From: an uncultured Actinomycetota bacterium
GTDB taxonomy: Bacteria > Actinomycetota > Actinomycetes > Actinomycetales > Kineosporiaceae
Direction of reading: 5' to 3'
NCBI GenBank assembly: GCA_963794075.1
Contig: CAWCCY010000005.1
Coordinates: 11,678 to 75,677 of the forward strand
Length of the DNA stretch: 64,000 nucleotides
In this document: one piece after another, positions 32,193 to 42,525 of the stretch
Numbering within the stretch: the first letter of the stretch is position 1
Layout of the letters: the number at the start of each line of letters is the position of its first letter
The notes under the pieces: model-generated
Databases searched by the model: none
Seen by the model: only the letters and a program-made list of their open reading frames with translations
What the model was told of the DNA's origin: nothing
Translations under genes and position numbers: made by a program

Positions 32193-32990
32193 TCAGCCCC
32201 GGTCGCCGAAGGGGTAGCTCTGGCTCGACTGGTCGCTGCCGTTGTCAGCGGCGTAGGCACCGCGGGTGGGCAACGGGCCGTTGCCGTACCCCATCGGCGC
32301 GCTGCCGGCGAGGCTCGGAGCGGGCTGCTGCGCACGGCCGGGGACGACCGCCGCCTTGGACTCGAGCTCGCGCAGCTGACCCTCGAGGTAGGACTTCAGC
32401 CGGCTGCGGTACTCGCGCTCGAACGCCCGCAGCTCGTCGATCTTGCGCTCGAGCAGTGAACGCTCCTGCTCGAGGGAGCCGAGCGTCTGGCGCTGCTTCT
32501 CCTCGGCCTCGCGCACCAGCCGGGTGGCGTGCTCGCGCGCCTCGCTGACGATGCGGTCGCGCTGCTGCTCGCCGTTGCGCACGTACTCGTCGTGCAGCTT
32601 CTGGGCGAGGGCGAGCATGCCCGCGGCCTCCTGGGGACCCTGCGGGCCCTCGAGCGCCGCGCCCATAGCCGCGCTCATGGGAGCGGGCATCGGGCGCGCG
32701 GGCTCGGGCGCGACGGGCTGCGGCGCCGGAGCGGCCATGACGGGCGCGGCTTCACGCTCCCGCTCGCGCTCGTCGGTGCCCTCGCGGGAGACCGTGGCCC
32801 GGGAGAGCTCACCCACGCGGCGCTCGCAGGCGCCGAGCTTGGAGCGCAGGTCCTCGTTCTCCTCGCCCAGGCGGCGGAGCTCGTTGACGACCTCGTCGAG
32901 GAAGTCGTCGACCTCGTCCTGGTCGTAGCCCTCGCGGAACTTCGTCGCTTGGAAGCGCTTGTTGACTACGTCCTCTGGCGTCAGAGCCAT
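32193..32990 (-). CDS. divIVA: DivIVA/Wag31 cell-pole protein
   Basis: ORF 32193..32999, preferred ATG 32990. MALTPEDVVNKRFQATKFREGYDQDEVDDFLDEVV... Confidence 0.9.
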   Translation of the reverse strand: MALTPEDVVNKRFQATKFREGYDQDEVDDFLDEVVNELRRLGEENEDLRSKLGACERRVGELSRATVSREGTDEREREREAAPVMAAPAPQPVAPEPARPMPAPMSAAMGAALEGPQGPQEAAGMLALAQKLHDEYVRNGEQQRDRIVSEAREHATRLVREAEEKQRQTLGSLEQERSLLERKIDELRAFEREYRSRLKSYLEGQLRELESKAAVVPGRAQQPAPSLAGSAPMGYGNGPLPTRGAYAADNGSDQSSQSYPFGDRG

Positions 32991-33230
32991 GCTGGTCACC
33001 TCGCGGGAGAGACTAGATCGGCGGATCGGCGTCGCCGTGTCACCGTATCGGATGCCGGTGGGGTAAACGAACAGCTGCCGGCCGGGGAACGGCCATGGAC
33101 TCTGAGTGACTGCGACAACACGGATAGTACATGGACGCGAGGCGTGAGCAAGGCACCGCGCAGGGCGCCGAGCATGGTCCGAACGGGTGGAGGAAGCGCC
33201 CCGACCCTGCCCCGAACTGGGGGGATGCGC

Positions 33231-33521
33231 TCAGGGCGCGAGGATGCCGAGCAGGATCACGGTCACGATGAAGATCACCGGGAACGCGAGGTCCAGCGCG
33301 ACAGCGCCCAGCCGGATCGGCGGCAGCAACCGGCGCAGCGTCTTCACGGCGGGATCCGTGGCCGAGTAGGCACCCTCGGCGAGAACGAGGACGGGCCCGC
33401 GGGGGCGCCACTCGCGCGAGAAGTACTGGATCCAGTCGAAGACCAGCCGCACGATGAGCGCGATGAAGAAGAGGAAGACCACGAGGTAGAGCACGGTTCG
33501 GACCGCGTCGATCGGCGTCAC
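33231..33521 (-). CDS. yggT: YggT-family membrane protein
   Basis: ORF 33231..33605 trimmed to GTG 33521. VTPIDAVRTVLYLVVFLFFIALIVRLVFDWIQYF...DPAVKTLRRLLPPIRLGAVALDLAFPV. Confidence 0.8.
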   Translation of the reverse strand: MTPIDAVRTVLYLVVFLFFIALIVRLVFDWIQYFSREWRPRGPVLVLAEGAYSATDPAVKTLRRLLPPIRLGAVALDLAFPVIFIVTVILLGILAP

Positions 33522-33672
33522 GGGTCGGGGGTTCCCATCGGTGGGGGCACGCCTGCCGCGGACGGCGACATGCGAGGGCGGACCCCCCGATGGTAGAGCG
33601 GGCACCGCCGACGTCGTCGGCTGGCGTCGACGGTGCGGGCGGCGCCCGGCAGACCGGTGACTCCGGTCGAGC

Positions 33673-34193
33673 TCAGCTCTGGTTGAAGAAGGTCCGCTCG
33701 GGCACGTGCTGGGGCTTCTCGGCCGGCGTGACCTCGACGTGCGACGGCGACAGCAGGAAGACCTTGCTCGTCACCTTCTCGATGGCCCCGTGCAGGCCGA
33801 AGACGAGGCCGGCCGCGAAGTCGACCAGGCGCTTGGCGTCGGCGTCCGCCATGTCCCCGAGGTTCATGATGACCGGGGTCCCGACCTGAACGACTCGCCG
33901 ATCGTCTTCGCCTCGTTATACGTGCGGGGGTGGATCGTCGTGATGCGGTGGAGCTCTCCCATCGGAGCCGGCGCGGGCACGACACGCGCAGCCCGGGCAC
34001 TCGCGATCGGGGTCACCGCGGCGCGGCGCTCCAGCTCACGCGGTTCGGGGCGCCGTGGCTCCTCGATCGTGTCGTCGGCCACCTCGTCCTCCGCCTCGTA
34101 CTCCGGGTCGTCCTCGGCGTCGTAGGCGTCGTACCGCTCGTCGTCCTCGGCGAGGCCCAGGTACACCATGGTCTTACGTAGCGCGCCGCCCAT
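33673..34193 (-). pseudogene. sepF: cell-division protein SepF, one frame break (G-run one base short) as sequenced
   Basis: ORF 33864..34217 (MGGALRKTMVYLGLAEDD...[20 protein letters not shown]) continues in ORF 33673..33867 ((GTPVI)[32 protein letters not shown]). Break at the ccc run, 33880-33882. Confidence 0.85.
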
Positions 34194-34232
34194 CGGTGCT
34201 CCTTGCCTCGTCGTCACCCACGGTCGTGGACG

Positions 34233-34976
34233 TTACCTGAGCGTCGGGCGCGCACCGAGGATCGCGGTCCCGACACGCAGGTGTGTCGCGCCGGACGCGA
34301 CCGCCGCCTCGAGGTCTCCGCTCATGCCGGCCGAGAGGACGTCAGCCTCGGGGGCGTACCGGGCGGCCCGCTCGAGCAGCCCGGGCAGGGCCGCGAACGC
34401 GCGGGTGGGATCGGCGTCGAGCGGGGCGACGGCCATGACGCCGCGCAGGCGCAGCGACGCGGCGTCGGCGACCGCGGCGGCCAGCGCGTCGAACCCGTCC
34501 ACGGCCACGCCACCGCGCCCGGTGTCGCCGTCCAGGCTGACCTGGACCAGGCAGTCGAGCCGGCGGCCCGCCGCGTGGGCGCCCCGGTCGAGCGCGCCCA
34601 CCAGCGCGGGCCGGTCGACGGAGTGGACCATGTCGGCGTAGCGGGCCACCGAACGCGCCTTGTTCGACTGGAGCCGCCCGATGAAATGCCAGCGCAGGTC
34701 CAGGCCGGCGCACTCCCCGTGCTTCGCAGCCGCCTCCTGGTCGCGGTTCTCGCCCACGTCCCGGACGCCGAGGCCCGCGAGCAGGGCGACGTCGGAGGCG
34801 GGATGTGTCTTGGTGACGACGACGAGGGTGACGTCCTCGTCGTGGCGCCCGGCCTGCCGGCACGCCTCGCTCACCCGGGCGCGCACCGCCGACAGCCGCA
34901 CTGCCAGCTCGGCTCGCCGGTCGGAGCCGGGCGCGACGGCGTCCGCGCCGTGGGACGGGGCTGGGGGAGAGGTCAT
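34233..34976 (-). CDS. yggS: YggS-family PLP homeostasis protein
   Basis: ORF 34233..35657 trimmed to ATG 34976. LVVVTKTHP, FGENRDQE-like VGENRDQEA, WHFIGRLQSNKA, LSAGMSGD. Confidence 0.9.
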   Translation of the reverse strand: MTSPPAPSHGADAVAPGSDRRAELAVRLSAVRARVSEACRQAGRHDEDVTLVVVTKTHPASDVALLAGLGVRDVGENRDQEAAAKHGECAGLDLRWHFIGRLQSNKARSVARYADMVHSVDRPALVGALDRGAHAAGRRLDCLVQVSLDGDTGRGGVAVDGFDALAAAVADAASLRLRGVMAVAPLDADPTRAFAALPGLLERAARYAPEADVLSAGMSGDLEAAVASGATHLRVGTAILGARPTLR

Positions 34977-35761
34977 GGCAGCAGGGTGACGACGCCGGCG
35001 AACCGGCCGGTGACGGCGGCGCGGCGGTAGGAGTACAGGGATGGGTCCTCGATGGTGCACCCGCCGACGGGCTCGACGTGTGCCAGGCCGAGCGCGGTGA
35101 GCTCGGCGACCGCTCCCGCCCGCAGGTCGAGCGCGGGGGTGCCCCAGCTCGTCGTTGACCGCAGCTCGGGCCGGGCGGCGACGGCCTGCGCCTGCAGCTC
35201 GGCCGGCACCTCGTAGCAGCAACCACCGGCGGCGGGGCCGATCGCCGCGCGGATGGCGCCCGGGTGGGCGCCGCGGGCGGCCATGGCGGAGACGACCTCC
35301 GTCAGCACGCCGGCGAGCAGGCCCCGGCGGCCGGCGTGCGCGGCGGCCACGACGCCGGCGGCGGCATCGGCGAGCAGCACGGGCACGCAGTCGGCCACGA
35401 GCACACCCAGCGGGAGACCGCGCCGAGCGGTGACGAGGCCGTCGGCCTCGGGCCCGTCGTCGTCGCCGGGGGCGAGGGGGTCCTGCGTGGGGGCCGGCCA
35501 CTCGGCGGCGGCGTCCGCGGGGTCGAGAACGGTGGTGCCGTGGACCTGGCGGGCGAACCGGACCGGCCCGCCCGCCCAGCCCGCGAGGACGCGGCGGTTG
35601 CGACGCACCGCCGCGGGGTCGTCGCCCACGTGGAGGGCGAGGTCGAAACCGCCCCACGGGCCGCGCGAGGTGTCGCCGGCCCCGCTCGTGAACCCGGCCC
35701 GGACCCCCGGGCCGAGGTCGACGGCGACGACGGGGGCCGGGACGACGTCGTTGAGCTGCAC
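34973..35761 (-). CDS. pgeF: peptidoglycan editing factor PgeF (YfiH/laccase-domain protein)
   Basis: ORF 34973..35761. QVHGTTV, ADGLVT, LGVLVADCVPVLL, AAHAGRRG, IGPAAGGCCYEV. ATGA overlap with yggS. Confidence 0.85.
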   Translation of the reverse strand: MQLNDVVPAPVVAVDLGPGVRAGFTSGAGDTSRGPWGGFDLALHVGDDPAAVRRNRRVLAGWAGGPVRFARQVHGTTVLDPADAAAEWPAPTQDPLAPGDDDGPEADGLVTARRGLPLGVLVADCVPVLLADAAAGVVAAAHAGRRGLLAGVLTEVVSAMAARGAHPGAIRAAIGPAAGGCCYEVPAELQAQAVAARPELRSTTSWGTPALDLRAGAVAELTALGLAHVEPVGGCTIEDPSLYSYRRAAVTGRFAGVVTLLP

Positions 35762-35775
35762 CCCTCGAGCGTGCC

Positions 35776-37353
35776 CTACTTGAGGAAGTCGGGGACGTCG
35801 AGGTCGTCGTCGATGACGATCGGGCGGGGGGTCGGCCGGGCGGCGGGGCGAGGCTCGTGCGGCAGCTCGACGAAGCGCCCGCCCTGCTCGTGCACGACGG
35901 CCGGCTCGCGGTCGGGCTGCGGCTGGGGCTGCTGCGGCTGGTGCTGGGCCGGCTGCTGCGGCGCGTGCTGCTGCTGCTGCTGCGGGGCGTGCTGCTGAGG
36001 CGCGTGCTGCTGGGACGCCTGCTGCTGCGGCTGGGCGGAGGGGTAGGAGCCGTTGGTGCCCGACCCGGCCGGCGGGCCGAGCGGTGCCCCCGTGACCGGG
36101 GGCGTCACGGGCGGCAGACCGGCGGGGGCGGAGCCGTTGGCGCCCACCGGCGCGGCCTCGGAGGTGCGGTACTCACCCAGGCCACGCCGGGCGGGCTCGG
36201 CCGGGGCGGGCTGCCCGTATCCGCGGTGCTCCCCGTAGGGCGACGCGTCGAGCGGCTGGGGCCGGCCGGGCGAGCCGGCACCGTTGGCCGAGCTGGTGGC
36301 GCCGGCGCCGACCATCGGGCGGCCGGGGGCGGCCGGCGCCGCCGGCGCGGGCACGCTGCGGCCGGACACCTGACCGAGGGCTCGCTCGTCGCGCCGGCGC
36401 GTGGGGGCACCCCCGTCGAAGCCGGCGGCGATGACGGTGACACGCACCTCGTCACCGAGGGCGTCGTCGATGACCGCGCCGAAGATGATGTTGGCCTCGG
36501 GGTGCGCGGCCTCCTGGACCAGCCGGGCCGCCTCGTTGATCTCGAACAGGCCCAGGTCGGAGCCGCCCTGGATGGAGAGGAGGACGCCGTGGGCCCCGTC
36601 GACGCTCGCCTCGAGCAGCGGGCTCGAGATTGCGGTCTCGGCGGCCTGGATCGCGCGGTCCTCGCCGCGCGCCGAGCCGATGCCCATGAGCGCGCTGCCG
36701 GCGCCCTGCATGACCGACTTCACGTCGGCGAAGTCGAGGTTGATCAGGCCCGGCGTGGTGATGAGGTCGGTGATGCCCTGGACGCCGGAGAGCAGCACCT
36801 GGTCGGCCGAGCGGAAGGCGTCGAGCACGCTCACGTGCTTGTCGCTGATCGACAGCAGCCGGTCGTTGGGGATCGTGATGAGGGTGTCGACCTCTTCGCG
36901 CAGGCCCGTGATCCCCGAGTCCGCCTGGGTGGCGCGGCGGCGGCCCTCGAAGGTGAAGGGACGGGTGACGACACCGATCGTGAGGGCGCCGAGCGAGCGG
37001 GCGATGCGCGCGACGACGGGAGCGCCGCCCGTGCCGGTGCCGCCGCCCTCGCCCGCGGTCACGAAGACCATGTCGGCGCCCTTGATGACCTCTTCGATCT
37101 CCTCCGCGTGGTCCTCGGCGGCCTTGCGGCCGACCTCAGGATCCGCGCCGGCGCCGAGACCGCGCGTGAGCTCGCGGCCGACGTCGAGCTTGACGTCGGC
37201 GTCGCTCATGAGCAGCGCCTGCGCGTCCGTGTTGATCGCGATGAACTCGACGCCCTTGAGCCCGACCTCGATCATGCGATTGACGGCGTTGACGCCGCCG
37301 CCGCCGATACCGACGACCTTGATGACGGCAAGGTAGTTCTGAGGTGCAGCCAC
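35776..37353 (-). CDS. ftsZ: cell-division GTPase FtsZ (long Q/P-rich linker)
   Basis: ORF 35776..37353. [44 protein letters not shown]-terminal [17 protein letters not shown] before the GTG start. Confidence 0.97.
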   Translation of the reverse strand: MAAPQNYLAVIKVVGIGGGGVNAVNRMIEVGLKGVEFIAINTDAQALLMSDADVKLDVGRELTRGLGAGADPEVGRKAAEDHAEEIEEVIKGADMVFVTAGEGGGTGTGGAPVVARIARSLGALTIGVVTRPFTFEGRRRATQADSGITGLREEVDTLITIPNDRLLSISDKHVSVLDAFRSADQVLLSGVQGITDLITTPGLINLDFADVKSVMQGAGSALMGIGSARGEDRAIQAAETAISSPLLEASVDGAHGVLLSIQGGSDLGLFEINEAARLVQEAAHPEANIIFGAVIDDALGDEVRVTVIAAGFDGGAPTRRRDERALGQVSGRSVPAPAAPAAPGRPMVGAGATSSANGAGSPGRPQPLDASPYGEHRGYGQPAPAEPARRGLGEYRTSEAAPVGANGSAPAGLPPVTPPVTGAPLGPPAGSGTNGSYPSAQPQQQASQQHAPQQHAPQQQQQHAPQQPAQHQPQQPQPQPDREPAVVHEQGGRFVELPHEPRPAARPTPRPIVIDDDLDVPDFLK

Positions 37354-37561
37354 GTCGGGTGCCTTCCACTCGCGGTCGGGGGTTGGAGACTCTCACCCTC
37401 AGGTAGAGGGTTATAGTTATGTCAACCAGCTCCTGATGCTTGTGACCGTACGGGGGCCTACGGAGCGACTCAACGACCGCCTTCGGCGTGTCGGCCTGCC
37501 GGCGTGCCGTCTCGCGGCATACCTCGGCGTCCTGGCGGAGCGAGGGAGATCGACGGCCGTC

Positions 37562-37631
37562 CCGAACCTCGGACGATGTGGCAGCCGAGGTAGGCGTGGG
37601 CCGCTCCCCGGCGACATCGTCCGAGGTTCGG
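37562..37631. other. 18-bp perfect inverted repeat (stem-loop) in the ftsQ-ftsZ intergenic region
   Basis: ccgaacctcggacgatgt (37562-37579) and acatcgtccgaggttcgg (37614-37631), separated by a 34-nt spacer. 32 nt downstream of the ftsQ stop. Confidence 0.8.
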
Positions 37632-37662
37632 CGCGCCTCGCCGCGATCGCCGCGCTGCGGGG

Positions 37663-38628
37663 TCAGGGGGTCGAGACGGCGGGCGCGTCGGGTGCGCTCA
37701 CGTCGAAAGTCGTCCCCGGGGCAGCCGGCACGGACCGGCGCAGCACCGCGAGCATCTCGGCCTTCACGGCACCGTCACCGGGCCCGCCCCACACCACCCG
37801 AGCCCCGCCGCGCAGCCCGAACCACACCCCGTCCGGGCTCGTCGCCCCGACGCGCACCACGTCGCGGGCCAGCCCGGCCGGCAACCCTCGGCGGGCCTGC
37901 TCGGCGGCGAGCACCGTCCGTGGCCCGACCGCGGCGGGCGGCACGGACAGCAGCGGCAGGCCGGCGGGTGCGGCGGGCTCGAGGCCGAGGTCGACGCCGT
38001 CCGCGGCGAAGAGCCGGACACCGCCGGGCACCGGCACGGCCACGGCCGGCGGCCGTTCGACGACGGCCACCGTGAGCACTCCGGGCCACCGGACGCCGAC
38101 GACGGCGGACCGCACCCCGGGCACGGCCGCGACGCGTGCGCGGATGCCGTCGTCGCGGGCGAGCAGCAGCGGGCGGCCGACGGCGTCGGCCGCCGCAGCC
38201 CGCACCGCCGGCGCCCACCGCTGCGACGCTCCGGTCACCTCGACGGAGCGCACGGTCGCGTACGGCGATGCCAGCAGCGCCCAGGCGAGGACGCCCACCC
38301 CGGCCGCGGCGGCCAAGGGCACGAGCACACGCCGGCGCCTGGAGGCCGCAGGCCTCGACGGACCCCGTACGCACGACAGCGCCGGCCGATCGGCGGGCGC
38401 CGCGAGAGCGCCGTCCGTGGAGGGCGGCGCGACAGCCTTGTCCGCGGAGGGTGAGGTCGCCGGCACGCGGGACGGGACCATCGCCCCGCGTGCGGCGCGC
38501 AGGACGGGCCGCACGGGCCGCACCACGGGCCCTAGCACCGGGCGGAGGACAGGCTTGAGAGCGGGCAGCAGGGCGCCGGGCCGCGTGCGGGCCCCGCGGA
38601 GTGCGCCCCCCGGCGCCACCGCGGTCAT
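37663..38628 (-). CDS. ftsQ: cell-division protein FtsQ/DivIB
   Basis: ORF 37663..38628. One TM (LVPLAAAAGVGVLAWALLA), then a POTRA-like region YATVRSVEVTG...VRSAVVGVRWPGVLTVAVVER. ATGA overlap with the murC stop. Confidence 0.8.
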   Translation of the reverse strand: MTAVAPGGALRGARTRPGALLPALKPVLRPVLGPVVRPVRPVLRAARGAMVPSRVPATSPSADKAVAPPSTDGALAAPADRPALSCVRGPSRPAASRRRRVLVPLAAAAGVGVLAWALLASPYATVRSVEVTGASQRWAPAVRAAAADAVGRPLLLARDDGIRARVAAVPGVRSAVVGVRWPGVLTVAVVERPPAVAVPVPGGVRLFAADGVDLGLEPAAPAGLPLLSVPPAAVGPRTVLAAEQARRGLPAGLARDVVRVGATSPDGVWFGLRGGARVVWGGPGDGAVKAEMLAVLRRSVPAAPGTTFDVSAPDAPAVSTP

Positions 38629-40067
38629 CCAGCGCGCTCCCCCACCGGGCGCCGCTCCGCCAGCCGGGCCAGCACGGCCGGCCCCAGGGTCGTGACGTCG
38701 CCCGCGCCGAGCGTCAGGACGACGTCACCGGGATTGGCGAGGTCGGCGAGCCGGCGCACCGCCGCCGTGCGATCGGGTTCGAAGACGGCCCGGCCCGGCG
38801 GGAGCGGCACGGCGCGGGCGACGAGCTCACCGGTCACGCCCGGCTCGGGGTCCTCCCGGGCGCCGTAGACGTCGAGCACGACGACCTCGTCGGCGAGCCC
38901 GAGCGCCGCACCGAAGGCGGCCGCGAAGATCCTGGTCCGGCTGTACAGGTGCGGCTGGAAGACCGCGAGCACGCGGCCGTCGCCGCTCACGCCTCGCACC
39001 GCGCGCAGCACGGCGGTCACCTCCGACGGGTGGTGGGCGTAGTCGTCGACCACGCGCACGCCGCCCTCGACACCCTTGGCCTCGAACCGCCGCCGGGCGC
39101 CGCCGAACCCGGCGAGACCCTCGGCGAGCAGCTCCGGGTCGGCCCCGAGCCAGCTGCCGGCGGCCCACGCCGCGGCGGCGTTCAGGGCGTTGTGGGCGCC
39201 GGGCACGCGCAGGGCCAGGTCGACGTCGGGCAGCCCGTCCGCCCGCAGGCCGAAGCGCGCACCGGGCCCGGACGCGTCGAGCCCGACGACGCGCACGTCC
39301 GCCACCGCGGCCCTGCCGTAGGTCCGGACGGCGTCGGCGCCGCGCCGCTCCCGCACGGCCGCAGCCAGCCAGGCCGCTCCGGGGTCGTCGGCGCAGGCGA
39401 CGAGAACGCCGCCGGGCACCACGCGGTCGGCGAACGCGTCGAACGCGGCGGTGACCGCCTCGGCCGTGCCGTAGTGGTCGAGGTGGTCGGGCTCGATGTT
39501 GGTGACGACCGCCACCGTGGGCGAGTACAGCAGGAAGGACCCGTCCGACTCGTCGGCCTCGGCGACGAACACGTCGCCGGCGCCCTCGTGGGCCGAGTCG
39601 CCGCCCTCGGTCAGCTCCCCGCCGATGGCGAACGACGGGTCAGCGCCCGCATGCCGCAGGGCGACGGTGAGCATCGAGGTGGTGGTCGTCTTGCCGTGCG
39701 TCCCGGCGACGGCCACAGCCCGCCGCTGGCGCATCAGCGCGGCCAGCGCCTGCGAGCGGTGCAGCACCAGCAGCCCCCGCCGGCGGGCCTCGACGAGCTC
39801 GGGGTTGCCCTCGCGGGCCGCGGAGGTGACGACGACGGTGTCGGCCGCGGCGACGTGCGCGGCGTCGTGGCCGACGTGCACGGTGGCACCGAGCGCCCGC
39901 AGCGCGTCGAGCGCACCGGAGGCGCTGGCGTCGCTGCCCGACACCGTCACCCCGCGCTCGAGCATGATCCGGGCGATGCCCGCCATGCCGACACCGCCGA
40001 TGCCGACGAAGTGCACGCGGCCGAGGCCCGCCGCCGGCGGCACCTCGAGGCTCAGGTCGGGCTTCAC
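38625..40067 (-). CDS. murC: UDP-N-acetylmuramate--L-alanine ligase
   Basis: ORF 38625..40247 trimmed to GTG 40067 (GTGA overlap with the murG stop). VHFVGIGGVGMAGIA, VAGTHGKTTTTSM, EADESDGSF, DDYAHHPSEV. Confidence 0.95.
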   Translation of the reverse strand: MKPDLSLEVPPAAGLGRVHFVGIGGVGMAGIARIMLERGVTVSGSDASASGALDALRALGATVHVGHDAAHVAAADTVVVTSAAREGNPELVEARRRGLLVLHRSQALAALMRQRRAVAVAGTHGKTTTTSMLTVALRHAGADPSFAIGGELTEGGDSAHEGAGDVFVAEADESDGSFLLYSPTVAVVTNIEPDHLDHYGTAEAVTAAFDAFADRVVPGGVLVACADDPGAAWLAAAVRERRGADAVRTYGRAAVADVRVVGLDASGPGARFGLRADGLPDVDLALRVPGAHNALNAAAAWAAGSWLGADPELLAEGLAGFGGARRRFEAKGVEGGVRVVDDYAHHPSEVTAVLRAVRGVSGDGRVLAVFQPHLYSRTRIFAAAFGAALGLADEVVVLDVYGAREDPEPGVTGELVARAVPLPPGRAVFEPDRTAAVRRLADLANPGDVVLTLGAGDVTTLGPAVLARLAERRPVGERAG

Positions 40068-41236
40068 CGGGCGCTCCGGCGCTCCGTCGCCGGCGAGGCC
40101 TCTGCGACAGCCAGGTCGACGAGGTCGGCCAGCCGCTCGTCGCCGTCCGTGATCCCGAAGGCCGCGGCGGCCTTGCTCATGGCGGCGAGCTCGCCGGGGT
40201 CGGTGAGCAGCGGCAGCAGGCTGTCGCGGACCCACTGCGGCGTGCACTGCGCGTCGTCGACGAGCAGGCCGCCGCCGGCCTCGACCACCGGCTCGGCGTT
40301 GAGCCGCTGCTCGCCGTTCCCGATGGGCAGCGGCACGTAGGCGGCCGGCAGGCCGACCGTCGTCAGCTCGCAGACGGTGCCGGCACCCGCCCGGCAGACG
40401 ACCGCGTCGGCGGCGGCGTACGCCAGGTCCATCCGGTCGACGTACTCCACCGCCACGTACCGCGGCCGCGCGCCGGAGCCGGGCGCCCCGCCCGCCGAGA
40501 GGTCGGCGAACAGGTCAGCGGAGGCGTCGGCGAGACCCTCGACGGTCTTGCCGCGCCCCGTCACGTGCAGCACCTGGACACCCGCGTCGGCGAGCACGTC
40601 GCGGGACTGACCGAAGGTCACGTTGAGGCGCTGGGCGCCGAGCGAGCCGCCGAAGACGAGCAGCGTGGTGCGCCGGGGATCGAGCCCGAACCTCGCCAGC
40701 GCCTCGTCGCGCCGCGCCGACCGGTCGAGCCGGGTGATCTGCTGCCGCAGCGGCATCCCGATCACGCGGGCCCCCCGGAGCGGGGTGCCGGGGAAGGTGG
40801 TGGCGACGTACGGGGTGAACCGCGCACCGAGCCGGTTGGCGAGGCCGGGGCGGGCGTTCTGCTCGTGCACGACGATCGGCAACCCGAGCCGGCGGGCGGC
40901 GAGGTAGGCGGGGGTCGAGACGTAGCCGCCGAACCCGACGACGACCTGGGCGGCGGCCTCGTCCATGGCGCGTGAGGCGGCGGCGATCGCGGCGCGCAGC
41001 CGCCACGGCAGCCGGCCGAGGTCGGCCGAGGGCCTGCGGGGCAGCGGGACGCGGGGCACGACGGCGAACGGCAGGCCCGCCTCGGGCACCAGCCGGGCCT
41101 CCAGCCCCTCGGCGGTGCCGAGGGCGGTGACGCGGACGCCGGGGTCACGCCGGCGCAGGCAGTCGGCCAGCGCCAGCAGCGGCGCGACATGGCCGGTGGA
41201 CCCGCCGCCCGCGAGGATCACCGACATCGAGCTCAC
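40064..41236 (-). CDS. murG: undecaprenyldiphospho-muramoylpentapeptide beta-N-acetylglucosaminyltransferase
   Basis: ORF 40064..41236. ILAGGGSTGHVAPLLALAD, GFGGYVSTPAYLAA, VHEQNARPGLANR, CRAGAGTVCELT. Confidence 0.95.
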   Translation of the reverse strand: MSSMSVILAGGGSTGHVAPLLALADCLRRRDPGVRVTALGTAEGLEARLVPEAGLPFAVVPRVPLPRRPSADLGRLPWRLRAAIAAASRAMDEAAAQVVVGFGGYVSTPAYLAARRLGLPIVVHEQNARPGLANRLGARFTPYVATTFPGTPLRGARVIGMPLRQQITRLDRSARRDEALARFGLDPRRTTLLVFGGSLGAQRLNVTFGQSRDVLADAGVQVLHVTGRGKTVEGLADASADLFADLSAGGAPGSGARPRYVAVEYVDRMDLAYAAADAVVCRAGAGTVCELTTVGLPAAYVPLPIGNGEQRLNAEPVVEAGGGLLVDDAQCTPQWVRDSLLPLLTDPGELAAMSKAAAAFGITDGDERLADLVDLAVAEASPATERRSAR

Positions 41237-42522
41237 CCACTACCCCCGTTCCGCCGCCCGGGAAGCACCGCGAGCGATCGCCTGACCACCGACGGACGTG
41301 AGGCTAGCGCCTCCACCGCGCCCGGGACGCGCCGGGCGAAACCGAGCACCATGCCCAGCCCGATCAGGGTCGTCACGAGGGCGGAGCCGCCGCTGCTGAC
41401 CAGCGGGAGCGGCACGCCGATCACCGGCAGCAGCCCGACCACGGCGCCGATGTTGACCAGCGCCTGGCCGAGGATCCAGGCGAGCACCCCACCGGTGGCG
41501 ATCTTGACGAACATGTCGTCACTGGCGACGACGAGCCGGAACAGCCCGACGGCCAGGATGGCGAACAGCGCGAGCACCGCGAGCGTGCCGACCAGGCCGA
41601 GCTCCTCGCCGATGATCGCGAAGATGAAGTCGTTGTGGGCCTCGGGCAGCCAGCGCCACTTCTGCCGGCTCTCCCCGAGCCCGAGCCCCCACCAGCCACC
41701 GCTGGCGAGCGCCCACAGCCCGTGCAGCGGCTGGTAGCCGACGCCCTGCGGGTCGGCCGCGCTGTCGCCGCCGTAGGTGTGGGCGAAGCGCTGCATCCGG
41801 TTGGCGCTGGTCTGCACGAGAAGGAACACGCCCACGGTGGCGAGCGCGCCGCCCCAGGCGAAGACCCGCAGCGGCACCCCGGCGGCGAACATCAGCGCCG
41901 CGACCAGCCCGAGGATGACGAGCGCGGTGCCGAGGTCGCGCCCGGCCAGGACGAGCGCGAGCAGGACGACCGTCACCGGCAGCACGGGCACGACCGCGTG
42001 CACGGTGCGGTCGAACAGCGCCCGCTTGCGCTCGAGGACGGCCGCGACCCAGACGACGAGAGCGAGCTTGACCGCCTCCGACGGCTGCAGCGACAGCCCC
42101 GCGACCCGCACCCAGTTCTGGTTGCCGTTGACGTTCGTGCCCGCCACGAGCACGAACAGCAGCGCGGCGGCGCCCGCCAGCAGGAGCGGCCAGGCCAGGA
42201 CCTTCCAGGCGCGGACGGGCAGCCGAACGCCGCTCCCACGGCGAGCGGCAGGCCGATCGCGGCGAACATGGCCTGCTTGGCGAAGATCGTGTACGACGAG
42301 TGGAGCGTCTGCAGCGACTCCACGCTCGAGCTCGAGAGCACCATGATGAGCCCGATGACGACCAGGGCGATGGTCGAGCCGAGCACGAGGTAGTAGGCGG
42401 CCAGCGGCGACCGCAGCCGCGCCGCCCACGCGCCGGCCAGCGGGCGCGCGGTGGCGAGCGTGCGCGCGTTGCCGCGGGGCCGGCCGCGGCGGCGCCGGCA
42501 CGGGGCTCAGCCGGGCCGGCAC
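41233..42522 (-). pseudogene. ftsW: FtsW (SEDS peptidoglycan glycosyltransferase), one certain and one suspected frame break as sequenced
   Basis: TM1 region GNARTLATARPLAGAWAARLRSPLAAYYLVLGSTIALVVIGLIMVLSSSSVESLQ...IGLPLAVGAAF is in the frame of ORF 41973..42386. The rest (RLPVRAWKVLAWPLLL...GESRQKWRWLPEAHNDFIF...PLPLVSSGGSAL) is in ORF 41233..42522. The break is at about 42225 (ccggaa expected, ccgaa seen). The start codon is unresolved. Confidence 0.8.
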
Positions 42523-42525
42523 GGC

